From IMG/VR virus record IMGVR_UViG_3300026549_000034, positions 129,182 to 193,181 of that record: DNA of 64,000 nt; one strand, 5' to 3'. The stretch's first letter is position 1. Each line of letters starts with the position of its first letter. Shown one piece after another: positions 10,351-20,638 of this stretch. A model generated the notes under the pieces. That model had not been told where the DNA came from, did not search any database, and worked only from the letters and a program-made list of their open reading frames with translations. Position numbers and translations under genes: made by a program. The DNA is from a virus (taxonomy: Duplodnaviria; Caudoviricetes).

Positions 10351-11296
10351 TGACATAAAAATAGCTGGTGTAACATGTGCTTTTAATGAATCACAAATGG
10401 TAAAATACGTTATGCCATATTGGGAACGTATTAAGCCAGATAAATTAATTGTGTATGATAATATGTCAACTGATAATATGTGTGAACTATTAAGAAAATA
10501 TCCGTATGTAGAAATAAGAAAATTTGATACTGGCGGTAAATTTAGTGATGAAACACATATTAAAATAAAGTCAGAAACAGCCAAAGAATTAGCAGATGCT
10601 GGTTATGATTGGATTTATATAGGTGATTTTGATGAAATATTATATACAGAAAATGAAAACTTTAGAGAAGTATTATATGAAATTCAACAAATGGGCGGTA
10701 ATGTATTTTGTAGAGATATGGTATTACCGTTTGATACTACATTAGATGTTTCATTTGATACTAATAAATTACCTCATCAATGTGTACCGAATTATATTAC
10801 ATCTCATGATTGGTCTTCATTTTGGGGTTTTTCTAAAGTAACATTAATACATAAGTCAGTACCAAATATACGTTTTAACAATGGGTGTCATCAGGCATAT
10901 TTTCCGCAAAAAGGAAATGCTGATTTAGTTGTATTCGGATATCCTATTATTGGTATACATCTAAAATATATTGATTGGAATGTATTGGAAAAGAATTCAC
11001 ATGATAAGCATGATAGAATACAATGGAGAATTCCTGTAGCAAAATCAAAAGTTGATGTTCAATTTACAAAACATTTATATAGTAGATCATGTGGTATGAA
11101 TAATATAAACAACATGATATCTGCAATGAAGAAAAAATTTGATAAAGTAAATGTTAATGTAGATACAACAACTTGGGATAAGTTTAAAGAATATTATGAT
11201 AATGAATATGATGTAACAAAAGTTAAATTTAAGCAATATTTAAATAGAACAAATTTTATAACTAAAGATTATTATGAGACAAATAGAAATTCGTAA
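10337..11296 (+). CDS. glycosyltransferase family 2-like
   Basis: TCAFNE, IVYDNMSTD, DWIYIGDFDE (DxD). Confidence 0.8.
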   Translation: MMNYNDIKIAGVTCAFNESQMVKYVMPYWERIKPDKLIVYDNMSTDNMCELLRKYPYVEIRKFDTGGKFSDETHIKIKSETAKELADAGYDWIYIGDFDEILYTENENFREVLYEIQQMGGNVFCRDMVLPFDTTLDVSFDTNKLPHQCVPNYITSHDWSSFWGFSKVTLIHKSVPNIRFNNGCHQAYFPQKGNADLVVFGYPIIGIHLKYIDWNVLEKNSHDKHDRIQWRIPVAKSKVDVQFTKHLYSRSCGMNNINNMISAMKKKFDKVNVNVDTTTWDKFKEYYDNEYDVTKVKFKQYLNRTNFITKDYYETNRNS

Positions 11297-12623
11297 AGCA
11301 GAAAAGAACATTTTAATTGGTAAAATTGGAAAGTCAATTAAATTTAAACATTTGGATATTCGTATAGGCGGTGATGCTTGTATGATATTTTATTCATCAA
11401 TAGCAAGAATGAATCCGGAGTATAATTTCTTTTGGATTGGTCCTAATCAAATGAATAAATTAAGTGATGAAGAATATGATTATATCTTCCCAAATCATAA
11501 TGTATATTCAGCATATGATTCTAATTATGAAGATCCGAATCATCATCCTTTTTATCCTATTATTAAGTATTTTAAGGACAATAACATTAAGATAGATTTT
11601 GCATTACTTATGTCAGGAATGTGCTCTGGAATAAATGTACCTAACTTCTTAAGAAGTCCAAAGACAGGAGAATATGTAAAGATACTTAATGCATTCAAAA
11701 ATTATTGCGGTCCTTATATCTATACTCTTAATCAAACTGGAGTACCATTCTATCTTATTTCTGAAGATGCAAGATATATTACAACAAATGCTTCTGACTT
11801 ATATAATCGAGAAAGAATAATCTTCACACAGACTAATGGATATTTTGAACCAATAGAACATATTACTTCAGAAACTGATTGGACTAAGACTACAGAAAAA
11901 ATTAAATGTATATATGGATATGTAGAAAGAATATTCATGATGGGTCTTGATAAAAATTGGAAAGAAAATATTGATATTGACAGAAAGTTAAATAGTAAAG
12001 GAAATAGATTAATTGTAATATCTAATGGTTGTGGTCAAAAGGACATAAATCGTGCAAATGGTGGTAAAAGTTCACGTCTTCCTGGATATAAGAAATATAT
12101 TATAGACAATCTTAAGGGTACAGAATTTGAGAATACTAAGATATATGGACAATGGGACGATAAGACTTATGAAAAATATCCCCAAATAATTGATAAACCA
12201 TTAGTAGAACTTGATGATGAGGTGGCTGATGCAAGATATTCATTGGTATATTCTATTATGCCGGGCTTTGTAACCGTAAAAGCATGGGAAATGATTATCA
12301 AAGGTCTTATTCCATTTATTCATCCAGACTATGATAAAGACAGATTATTAGGTCTTCCAGAATATTGTTATCTTAAAGATGAAAAGGATCTATTAAACAA
12401 AATGAGAGAATTGGATTCAGATAATGACAAATATCTTAAGCTATTAAATGATTGTTTTGCATGTATTTCAGAAGATGATCTTAATGGAAAACGAATGAAT
12501 AACTTTATATTCAATAAGATTTCTGAAGATCTTGGATTTGATTATGTAGAAAAGAATGGTTGTGAATCTATTTTTGATCATTTCTCTAAAGATGTATTTG
12601 ATTTCAATAAGATTAAAAAGTAA
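11274..12623 (+). CDS. GT-B DNA glycosyltransferase, T4 beta-glucosyltransferase-like
   Basis: C-terminal GFVTVKAWEMIIKGLIPFIHPDYD...DLLNKMREL resembles the recalled BGT segment FITLRVWETMASDAVMLIDEEFD...ELIDRVNEL. Confidence 0.7.
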   Translation: MRQIEIRKAEKNILIGKIGKSIKFKHLDIRIGGDACMIFYSSIARMNPEYNFFWIGPNQMNKLSDEEYDYIFPNHNVYSAYDSNYEDPNHHPFYPIIKYFKDNNIKIDFALLMSGMCSGINVPNFLRSPKTGEYVKILNAFKNYCGPYIYTLNQTGVPFYLISEDARYITTNASDLYNRERIIFTQTNGYFEPIEHITSETDWTKTTEKIKCIYGYVERIFMMGLDKNWKENIDIDRKLNSKGNRLIVISNGCGQKDINRANGGKSSRLPGYKKYIIDNLKGTEFENTKIYGQWDDKTYEKYPQIIDKPLVELDDEVADARYSLVYSIMPGFVTVKAWEMIIKGLIPFIHPDYDKDRLLGLPEYCYLKDEKDLLNKMRELDSDNDKYLKLLNDCFACISEDDLNGKRMNNFIFNKISEDLGFDYVEKNGCESIFDHFSKDVFDFNKIKK

Positions 12624-12625
12624 GT

Positions 12626-13123
12626 ATGGATAAATGTATTGTTATAAGTGATGTAGACGGTTGCCTTACGGATGGCGGATTATACTATACTGAAGAAGGT
12701 AAAGTAATGAAACGTTTCGGTGCCGGTGATCATGAAGGTCTTAAATTATTGAAGAAAAATGGAATATCTGTAGAGTTCATTACTGCAGATAAAGTAGGAT
12801 ATCCTATTGTTGCTAAAAGAATGAAGGATATGTCTAATTCAACTATTCATATTTTTAATGAGATTGAAAGGTATGATTTTGTAAAGTCATTGAAAAACAA
12901 ATATGAAACTGTTGTATTCTTTGGTGATGGGCCTGGCGACGCTTCATTAGCAAGTAAGATGGCATGTGATATATTTGTATGTCCTAATCAATCTCGACAG
13001 GAGGTAAAGCTTGTAGCTGATTATATTACTGAAACAGATGGTGGACATGGCGCATTCTTAGACATGGCAATATGGGTATCTAAAAAAATAAATAAAGAAA
13101 ATTATAAAGAATTATATGACTAA
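12626..13123 (+). CDS. KdsC-like HAD sugar-phosphate phosphatase
   Basis: DVDGCLTDGGLYY, FFGDGPGD, GGHGAF. Confidence 0.85.
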   Translation: MDKCIVISDVDGCLTDGGLYYTEEGKVMKRFGAGDHEGLKLLKKNGISVEFITADKVGYPIVAKRMKDMSNSTIHIFNEIERYDFVKSLKNKYETVVFFGDGPGDASLASKMACDIFVCPNQSRQEVKLVADYITETDGGHGAFLDMAIWVSKKINKENYKELYD

Positions 13124-14396
13124 TAATATAAAATGGGCAGCAATACAACCATTGACTGGTGGTCTATATTTAGGAACAGAAGAAGCTATAGGTCATCCAG
13201 CAGAATGGATATTGACATATAAAGGATTAAATACAATTAAAAAGGATAAAGCCGATAATGTTACTGGTGTAGGTAATGAAGCATATCTATTAAACTATCT
13301 ACATAAAGTTGATAGGGAAGTACCATATTATCAAATGAATAGAAAAATGTTTGATACTAATTTGGATGATATGAATCCGGAAATATTACTTAATGATGAA
13401 CCTGCTAAGCCAAATTATGAAAATTTAGATTTAGTAGTTGCATTACCGGTATGTAGTGGATTATCTATGGTTACATCTGCTGGACAAGAAACAAAAGACG
13501 GTCGTAATTGTAATATGCTTTATTTAGCAAAATTGGCATTAACAACAATCAAACCAAAAATTTATATATTCGAAAACGCTCCTACTTTTATGGGTGAACG
13601 TGGTGATAGTTTACGAGTTAGTTTTGAAAAACTTGCTAAAGATAATGGTTATTTAATTGTATATTATAAGACAGATACACATAAACATTATAATTGTCAA
13701 CGACGTCCAAGAACTTTTATATTTTTTATAAGAAAGGATGTAACAAATAATCAATTGCCTGTATTAGATTTTGAAGACAAACCAATGTCTATTCAAGAAT
13801 TTTTCGACAATATTCCTTATGGTTTGACTAATCAAGAAGAATGTAAGCCACGTCCTCATAATTATATATTATTAGATTTCTTCAAAGAAAAATATGGAGA
13901 GGAATGGTTTAAGACATTAGACAATAAGTGCTTAATGAAATTGATAGTAACAGATAAACTATTTGATGAATTATTTGAATATTGTAAGACTTATACAAAA
14001 ATATCTGAAGATGATATGAATAAGTCTATAAAATATTTTAAGCATGTAAAAGATAAGACTGACAGGAAGTTAAATTGGTTTGGTTCAGATATAGTATTTT
14101 ATAAAAAGGAATTACCGTCAGTACAATTTAGAAGTATTACAACAACGATGCATCCAAATTGTAAACGAGTATTGACTATAAGAGAAAATCTTGAATTAAT
14201 GGGAATGCCACATGATTTTGATTGGTTTGGGGATGAATCTAATCTCCCTAAAATTGCACAAAATGTTCCTGTAAAAACAGCTAAATTTATAATGTCGCAA
14301 GCAGTCAATATATTAGAAAATAATATCAATATATTTATGGATGGTAATGTTTTATACATAAATAACATTAATAACAAAATTCAGTTAGTGGCATAA
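13116..14396 (+). CDS. atypical C5-cytosine DNA methyltransferase-like protein
   Basis: LPVCSGLS (motif IV), IFENA (VI), QRRPR (VIII), RVLTIRE..LMGMPHDF (IX), AQNVP (X); motif I reads QPLTGG. Confidence 0.75.
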   Translation: MTNNIKWAAIQPLTGGLYLGTEEAIGHPAEWILTYKGLNTIKKDKADNVTGVGNEAYLLNYLHKVDREVPYYQMNRKMFDTNLDDMNPEILLNDEPAKPNYENLDLVVALPVCSGLSMVTSAGQETKDGRNCNMLYLAKLALTTIKPKIYIFENAPTFMGERGDSLRVSFEKLAKDNGYLIVYYKTDTHKHYNCQRRPRTFIFFIRKDVTNNQLPVLDFEDKPMSIQEFFDNIPYGLTNQEECKPRPHNYILLDFFKEKYGEEWFKTLDNKCLMKLIVTDKLFDELFEYCKTYTKISEDDMNKSIKYFKHVKDKTDRKLNWFGSDIVFYKKELPSVQFRSITTTMHPNCKRVLTIRENLELMGMPHDFDWFGDESNLPKIAQNVPVKTAKFIMSQAVNILENNINIFMDGNVLYINNINNKIQLVA

Positions 14397-14418
14397 AAAC
14401 AATTATTCTTTTTATATG

Positions 14419-14447
14419 AAATGAGGATCTTAAAGATCCTCATTTTT
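14419..14447 (+). terminator. intrinsic terminator
   Basis: aaatgaggatct-taa-agatcctcattttt. Confidence 0.75.
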
Positions 14448-14481
14448 ATTTTTAAATATAAGAATATGAAACAAAATATTA

Positions 14482-15549
14482 ATGAAAATTTTTCAAATAT
14501 TATTAAATAAAACAAAAAATAGTTCATATAGATATGCTGAAGAATTATATCTATCATTATCATCTATAGAAGATATTGATATTGACCAAAGTATAATAGT
14601 TGATAAAAGTGAATTTAATCCAGATTTGATAGATATAATTAATTCTTATGATTACGTTTTTATTCATTCAATATCAAAAGATAAAGATTTATATAACATA
14701 TTAATAAATTTTATTAAACCTAAAAAGATATTATTTATTACTCATACTATATTAAAGCAATGGCATAATGATATTAATTTATCATATATTATTCCATTAT
14801 TGCGAAATGTAAGTAAAATAGTAATTAATCCACTTGCATTAGATATAATAAATGAAATTAAGGAAAAAATATCTGATGATCAGTTTAACAAAAAATATGT
14901 AGAACTTAAATATGTTTATAATTTTTATTTGTTTAATACAATAAATAAAGATAATATCATATCAATGATATCAAATAAGGGAGTACGAACTAATTATGAT
15001 TTATTCATTAATTTATTTAAAAACAAAGAAATATTAAATAGAGATTTTATTTGGAAATTATACGGTGTAACAAAGAACATTCAAACTTATTATATTAATG
15101 ATTTATATATAAACAATAAAACACAAAAACCTTCATTAATAACTAATTTTGATACAACAGTTATTTCAAAAAATATGATAAATGTATATGGAGAAATAGA
15201 CAGAAATACATATAAAGAAGTTATAGAAAAATCATTATTTACATGCAATTTTGATAATGAATCTTATATAAGTTATAATATAATAGATATAATAGGCAAT
15301 GGATCTATTCCAATAATGTCAAAAACTGTAGCGCAAAACATAAGAATAAATCAAAAACAAACATTATATGATCTTAAATGCGGTATATTTATTAATGATA
15401 CATTTGATGAACAAGCTATAATAACTATAAATAAATTAGTACAAAGTCCTAATACATACATAAATACATTAAATAAGCATGTAAATATTTTTAAACAAAT
15501 TTTCAATAATTCAGAAACAATCAATAAATTATTACAAAATATAATATGA
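14482..15549 (+). CDS. divergent GT-B glycosyltransferase, T4 alpha-glucosyltransferase-like
   Basis: YDYVFIHS..IKPKKILFITH and YNIIDIIGNGSIPIMSK resemble recalled AGT segments DILIINS..IKP..VVYQH and YTHLELGACGTIPVFWK. Confidence 0.55.
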   Translation: MKIFQILLNKTKNSSYRYAEELYLSLSSIEDIDIDQSIIVDKSEFNPDLIDIINSYDYVFIHSISKDKDLYNILINFIKPKKILFITHTILKQWHNDINLSYIIPLLRNVSKIVINPLALDIINEIKEKISDDQFNKKYVELKYVYNFYLFNTINKDNIISMISNKGVRTNYDLFINLFKNKEILNRDFIWKLYGVTKNIQTYYINDLYINNKTQKPSLITNFDTTVISKNMINVYGEIDRNTYKEVIEKSLFTCNFDNESYISYNIIDIIGNGSIPIMSKTVAQNIRINQKQTLYDLKCGIFINDTFDEQAIITINKLVQSPNTYINTLNKHVNIFKQIFNNSETINKLLQNII

Positions 15550-16250
15550 AAAACATAAATAATTACATATCAGAGAAGCTCAATATAAAAAATATTAAAG
15601 TACATCAATATAAGTATTTTCCAAAGACAAAAGAAGAACTTAGAAAAATCTTAGAAAAAAGATTAGATGAAGACAATAATGCGGATTTGAATGATATTGA
15701 TGTTAGTGAAATAACTGATATGTCATTACTATTTAATAAGTTAGATCCACATAATATAAATATATCTGGCTGGGATGTAGGTAATGTTACTGCAATGGGT
15801 GCAATGTTTAATGGATGTGATAATTTTAATTCTGACTTAAGTAAATGGGACGTTAGTAAGGTTACTAATATGGATTCAATGTTTGCTGATTGTGGAGAAT
15901 TTAATTCTGATCTAAGTGAATGGGATGTATCTAAAGTTACAAATATGCAAGCTATGTTTACTAGATGTCATAAACTTGATACCGACTTAAATAAATGGGA
16001 TGTATCTAATGTTACTGGAATGGATTCAATATTTTATGGTTGTAATAACTTTAATTCTGACTTAAGCAATTGGAATGTATCTAATGTTACTGATATGTAT
16101 AAAATGTTTTATGATTGTAACAGCTTTAATTCTGATCTAAGTAAATGGGATGTAAGTAATGTTACTGATATGCGTAATATGTTTTTTGGATGTGATTCGC
16201 TAAAAAATAAACCAAGCTGGTACAAGAATAAAATAAAAATTAAAAAATAA
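15546..16250 (+). CDS. DUF285/BspA-like repeat protein with leader
   Basis: 25-aa repeats WDVSNVTxMxxMFxxCxxFNSDLSK; leader MKNINNYISEKLNI. Confidence 0.9.
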   Translation: MKNINNYISEKLNIKNIKVHQYKYFPKTKEELRKILEKRLDEDNNADLNDIDVSEITDMSLLFNKLDPHNINISGWDVGNVTAMGAMFNGCDNFNSDLSKWDVSKVTNMDSMFADCGEFNSDLSEWDVSKVTNMQAMFTRCHKLDTDLNKWDVSNVTGMDSIFYGCNNFNSDLSNWNVSNVTDMYKMFYDCNSFNSDLSKWDVSNVTDMRNMFFGCDSLKNKPSWYKNKIKIKK

Positions 16251-16271
16251 TATATAATATATATAAATGAT

Positions 16272-16955
16272 ATGAAAAACCTAAAAGACGTCATTATAGA
16301 GAAGCTCAATATAAAAAATATTAAAATACAATATACTTGTCATCCAAAAACAAAAGTAGAACTTCAATTAATATTGAGAGAAAGACTATCAAAAGATAAT
16401 AATGCTAATTTGAATGATATTGATGTTAGTGATATAACCGATATGTCTAATTTATTTGAAAAATTAAATCCTCATAATATAGATATATCTGAATGGAATG
16501 TATCAAATGTTATCAATATGAGTTATATGTTTTATGATTGTCAAAATTTTAACTGTGACTTAAGTAAATGGGACGTAAGTAATGTTACAAATATGATAAA
16601 TATGTTTTATGATTGCAAAGAATTTAATTCTGACTTAAGCAAATGGAATGTAAGTAATGTTAAAAAAATGAATGGTACATTTGCTGGCTGTATAAAATTT
16701 AATTCTGATCTAAGCAATTGGGATGTTAGTAATGTTAATAATATGGGTGGACTATTTGCTAGATGCCAAAATTTTAATGCAGATCTAAGTAATTGGAATG
16801 TATCTAATGTTCAAAACATGGTAAATATGTTTTATGAATGTGAAAAATTTAAAGGCAAAGGATTAGAAAAATGGAAACCAACCAAATTATTAATATATAA
16901 GAATATATTTTATAAGACTCAATTAGAAAAAAATCCTCCAAAATGGTATAAATAA
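16272..16955 (+). CDS. DUF285/BspA-like repeat protein with leader
   Basis: same repeats; leader MKNLKDVIIEKLNI. Confidence 0.9.
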   Translation: MKNLKDVIIEKLNIKNIKIQYTCHPKTKVELQLILRERLSKDNNANLNDIDVSDITDMSNLFEKLNPHNIDISEWNVSNVINMSYMFYDCQNFNCDLSKWDVSNVTNMINMFYDCKEFNSDLSKWNVSNVKKMNGTFAGCIKFNSDLSNWDVSNVNNMGGLFARCQNFNADLSNWNVSNVQNMVNMFYECEKFKGKGLEKWKPTKLLIYKNIFYKTQLEKNPPKWYK

Positions 16956-16996
16956 TAATTAAATATAAAGAATAGATTAAAGTAGTATTAATTAAC

Positions 16997-17029
16997 AAAG
17001 GGAATTTCTTTTGAAAGAAATTCCCTTTT
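16997..17029. terminator. bidirectional intrinsic terminator
   Basis: aaagggaatttcttt-tg-aaagaaattcccttt between convergent genes. Confidence 0.8.
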
Positions 17030-17061
17030 ATTATGTTATGTTTATGTTATGTAAATTTTAC

Positions 17062-18963
17062 TTATTGAATTGAAAAATCACTATCTGCTAATATATAGAA
17101 TAATTTAGTATTATATTCTTTTGCCAATTCTTTCATTTCTGATTGAGAATCATTATTAGCAATAAATATAACCATACCAGCAATATCATTAATAAGTTTT
17201 TTGACTTTATTCTTATCAACCGAAGATGCGGCATCTGTAATAATAATATTTATAAGGAATGTATTTGTTTCATTTTTTATGTAATCAAATATATCACTAA
17301 AATCGCATGTTCCACCATCTGCAGATGCCTTCTTACCATAAGGTATTTCCTTAATATTCATATCAAATGCGAATATCTTAAATACTACTTCATCTACAAC
17401 AGCTTCTTTACTAAATTGTTTTTTAAGTGATTCACAAATAGTATAACATGCTTTAAATACATTATCTATAGAACCTCCCATTGATCCGGACTTATCAATA
17501 TAGAATGCTGCATTAATAGTTAATTTATCATCTTTTATCTTTTTTCCAGGATTAATAATTGTTCCACTTGTTACAAAACCTGCACCTCTTTTAAATCTTG
17601 AATATGTTTTCTTATATTGACGTTTCTTTTGGAATACTTTATTCTTCACATATTTATTTATAATTGAATTCATTTCAAGATTCCATGAAGCAGTTCCCTT
17701 TGAAATTTTTTGTGCTAATCCATTCTTTTCAAGTTTAATTGATGATTTACATTTATTAATGAATTTACCAAAATCACCAGCAATTCTACTTTTATACTTT
17801 TCAATGATATTTTGTGCTTTTGTTTTAATTTGTTCTAAATCAGCATCACTTATTGTATCATTTGATGAATTTGAGTTTCCTTTACCACTACCTGAAGCAT
17901 TGGTTTTGTTACCGTCATTTGCATTACTATCTGTATTAGTATCTACATTAGCCTTTTCAGCAGCCTTTTTTGCTTTATCTAATGCATCTTTAGCTTCCTT
18001 AGCAGCTTTTTCTTCACCAGATTTGTCATTAGCATCTTTAGCTTCTTGTGCTCTTTTAGCAGCATCTTTAGCTTCTTTAGCAGCATCTTTAGCTTCCTTA
18101 GCAGCATCATCTAATTTTCCATCATTATTAGCTTTATTTATATTATCGCTAATTTCTTTAGCTTTCTGCGCATTTTGTTTTGCACCTTCTGCTGTATTGT
18201 CATCAGCTGAATTACCACCATTATTGCTATTATTGCTATTACTACTATTGCTTTGATTATTATCTTGACTGCCTTGACTATCTTGACTACCTTGACCACC
18301 TTGGCTACTTTGTGAATTTGATTCCTGGCCATCACCCTCTGAATCTTGTTCATCCATCATTTGCTTGAGTTTGTCCTTGTCTTTTTCTATTTCTTTTTTC
18401 TTTTCAAGTAATTTAAGATATAATGTATATTGAGTATCTGACTTTCTATCATAGTCAACATCATATTCTTTCTTTAAGTATTCAGGAAAAATACCATCTT
18501 CAAATCTTTCCTTTTTTCTGTAATAATAAAGATAGTCATTAATTACACAGTCAGATGCAATGTTTAAAAGCATATGATTATACTCATAACCGGCAGCTTT
18601 AATTTTTTCAGCTACACCAAAAGTATCCCATAGTTGATGAAGGCACTCATGATCATATACAAATTCCCATTTTCTTATACTTTTACCTATGATATCATTA
18701 GGAGCATTTAAGTATATTAATTTATTTGGGTCTGTAAATGCAACATGTTTAGCTGCTTCTGGATTTTCATACGGATTCAAAAATCTAGTAAATTCAAGCA
18801 TATCATAAAAGAACATATCATCATTATTATCTGCAGTATCATCAATATACTCTATTAGTTTTACTCTAAAGTTTTCTTCATGATCATGTTCAGATACTTC
18901 TATTAAAGACTGTTTTGTTAATGCAAAATCTTTACTATTTAATAATGAACTTTTTATTTCCAT
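17062..18963 (-). CDS. HExxH metallopeptidase-like domain, low-complexity linker and VWA domain (MoxR partner)
   Basis: DHECLHQL and NIASDCVIN; S/Q/N/AKEA-rich linker; MIDAS YIDKSGSMG, GGT, IITD; ATG at 18963 preferred. Confidence 0.85.
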   Translation of the reverse strand: MEIKSSLLNSKDFALTKQSLIEVSEHDHEENFRVKLIEYIDDTADNNDDMFFYDMLEFTRFLNPYENPEAAKHVAFTDPNKLIYLNAPNDIIGKSIRKWEFVYDHECLHQLWDTFGVAEKIKAAGYEYNHMLLNIASDCVINDYLYYYRKKERFEDGIFPEYLKKEYDVDYDRKSDTQYTLYLKLLEKKKEIEKDKDKLKQMMDEQDSEGDGQESNSQSSQGGQGSQDSQGSQDNNQSNSSNSNNSNNGGNSADDNTAEGAKQNAQKAKEISDNINKANNDGKLDDAAKEAKDAAKEAKDAAKRAQEAKDANDKSGEEKAAKEAKDALDKAKKAAEKANVDTNTDSNANDGNKTNASGSGKGNSNSSNDTISDADLEQIKTKAQNIIEKYKSRIAGDFGKFINKCKSSIKLEKNGLAQKISKGTASWNLEMNSIINKYVKNKVFQKKRQYKKTYSRFKRGAGFVTSGTIINPGKKIKDDKLTINAAFYIDKSGSMGGSIDNVFKACYTICESLKKQFSKEAVVDEVVFKIFAFDMNIKEIPYGKKASADGGTCDFSDIFDYIKNETNTFLINIIITDAASSVDKNKVKKLINDIAGMVIFIANNDSQSEMKELAKEYNTKLFYILADSDFSIQ

Positions 18964-18965
18964 AC

Positions 18966-19289
18966 TTAACAATTAATAAATTTTTTCTTCTTTTCGAAAA
19001 TCTTAGTATAATACCATGGCTTAACATTATCAACCTTCTTAGATATTGTTCTATATGATACAACATTATTATGCTTTAATATTTGTGAATCTTTATCATT
19101 TATAACAAATATTGTAGCATTATTAATAGCATCAGTATATCCAGGAGTAAAATTAAAATCTAAATATTGATCAATTTCCCCATTGTTGTTTGTATATTCT
19201 CTTGATACTAATTGAGGTTCTACGCAAAATTGATAAAAATCATCATCATTATCAAAATATATAACATTTAAGTCATTATCTATTAACAT
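18966..19289 (-). CDS. hypothetical protein between the MoxR and VWA genes
   Basis: 107-aa ORF, same orientation as its neighbours. Confidence 0.7.
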   Translation of the reverse strand: MLIDNDLNVIYFDNDDDFYQFCVEPQLVSREYTNNNGEIDQYLDFNFTPGYTDAINNATIFVINDKDSQILKHNNVVSYRTISKKVDNVKPWYYTKIFEKKKKFINC

Positions 19290-19351
19290 TATTAATTATA
19301 CTAAAATATATTTTGCTTTAATATTAAAATAGTAAACTAAATTTACAATGT

Positions 19352-20638
19352 TTAATCTTCGAATGGATCCTTATATCCTTCCTTCTTCCATTGTTCATCT
19401 TTAGTAAACTTATACTTAATATTATCAGTCTCTAATTTACGGAGATATCTTTCTACCATTTCTGCATTAAGATCACCTAATTCACAGAATGTCTTTACTA
19501 TATTTTCTTCTGAAATACCATATCTTACAACTTTACCATTTTCTTCTTGGGCAATAAATCCGTTCTCTATACCAAATTTAATTCCATCCTTTATTTGTTG
19601 TGTAAGCATATCTGAATCTTTTTTGTTTCCTGAACGACCAGTGGTATTTTCATCTTTCTTTTCAGCAGAATTCATAAAGTCATAGCAAGCTTCTGCTAAT
19701 TCATCAATTTCTTTTTCTTGTGTTCTAGAAAGATCATCTTTTACAAGACCTTGAATTTGTTCTTTCCAATCATCTGCATCAAATATATCATAGTCACCGT
19801 CTTCACGAAGGTTAAAGATAGATTCAATCATGAAACTTTCTACATCACGAGGATTTTTGAATATAGATGCGTGATCTTTAAATGTGTCTAATAATTCTTT
19901 AGATAATTTGTCATCCCATTTCTTATGTAAATGTGCAAAGGCAGCATCCCAATCGCCACTTTCCCAAGTAATGATACCGCCAAAACGAGAAAGCAGTGGT
20001 CCAGAAAGTTCATTAACTGCTCCATTTTCTGATTCAAAGTTACCAGCAGCACCAACAATAAAGTTTTCAAACTTATGACCGCATACTTCATTCTTAAGTA
20101 CAATAGGCATAAGAGCATTCATTACGTCAGGAGCAGCTTGGTTCATTTCATCAAAGAACAATAAGAATTGTGTTTCAGGATTGTCATACATAACTTTTGC
20201 CCAAGCTGGCATAAGTGTAGCTACATAATCAGCACCCTTCTTTGATTTCTTAGCAACTGGAAGACCACCTAAGTCAGTAGCTTCAGCTTTATCAAGATAT
20301 ACTGTTATAACTGTACGTTTGCATTGATGAGCAAGCTGTGTAATAATAGATGTCTTACCCCAACCAGCTTCACCTTGAATAAAGAATGGCTTCTTTGACT
20401 TAAGACGCATTAAGATTCTTTTCTTGTTACGGGTTAATGTATTTTTGTCAATACCGTTAACTATATCATCTTCTGTAGGAGGTTCAACAGCCCATACACC
20501 GCCTGAGCCATTTTCTTCTTCATCCTGTCCCTTTACATCTTTCAATTCAGGAGCTTCTTCTTTATCAGACTTTTTTGTACGATATTCATTAATGATACCT
20601 TCATTAATTTCATTTACAAATGTATTTAATGATTTCAT
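19352..20638 (-). CDS. MoxR-like AAA+ ATPase with capsid-targeting-like leader
   Basis: Walker A GEAGWGKT, Walker B LFFDEMN, AAGN sensor, LLSRF arginine finger; leader MKSLNTFVNE. Confidence 0.85.
   Translation of the reverse strand: MKSLNTFVNEINEGIINEYRTKKSDKEEAPELKDVKGQDEEENGSGGVWAVEPPTEDDIVNGIDKNTLTRNKKRILMRLKSKKPFFIQGEAGWGKTSIITQLAHQCKRTVITVYLDKAEATDLGGLPVAKKSKKGADYVATLMPAWAKVMYDNPETQFLLFFDEMNQAAPDVMNALMPIVLKNEVCGHKFENFIVGAAGNFESENGAVNELSGPLLSRFGGIITWESGDWDAAFAHLHKKWDDKLSKELLDTFKDHASIFKNPRDVESFMIESIFNLREDGDYDIFDADDWKEQIQGLVKDDLSRTQEKEIDELAEACYDFMNSAEKKDENTTGRSGNKKDSDMLTQQIKDGIKFGIENGFIAQEENGKVVRYGISEENIVKTFCELGDLNAEMVERYLRKLETDNIKYKFTKDEQWKKEGYKDPFED

Noticed and set aside
17759-18368. 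Antisense and alternate-frame ORFs with repetitive Ala/Leu/Tyr sequence
   Set aside because: These are shadows of the low-complexity linker of the VWA gene.
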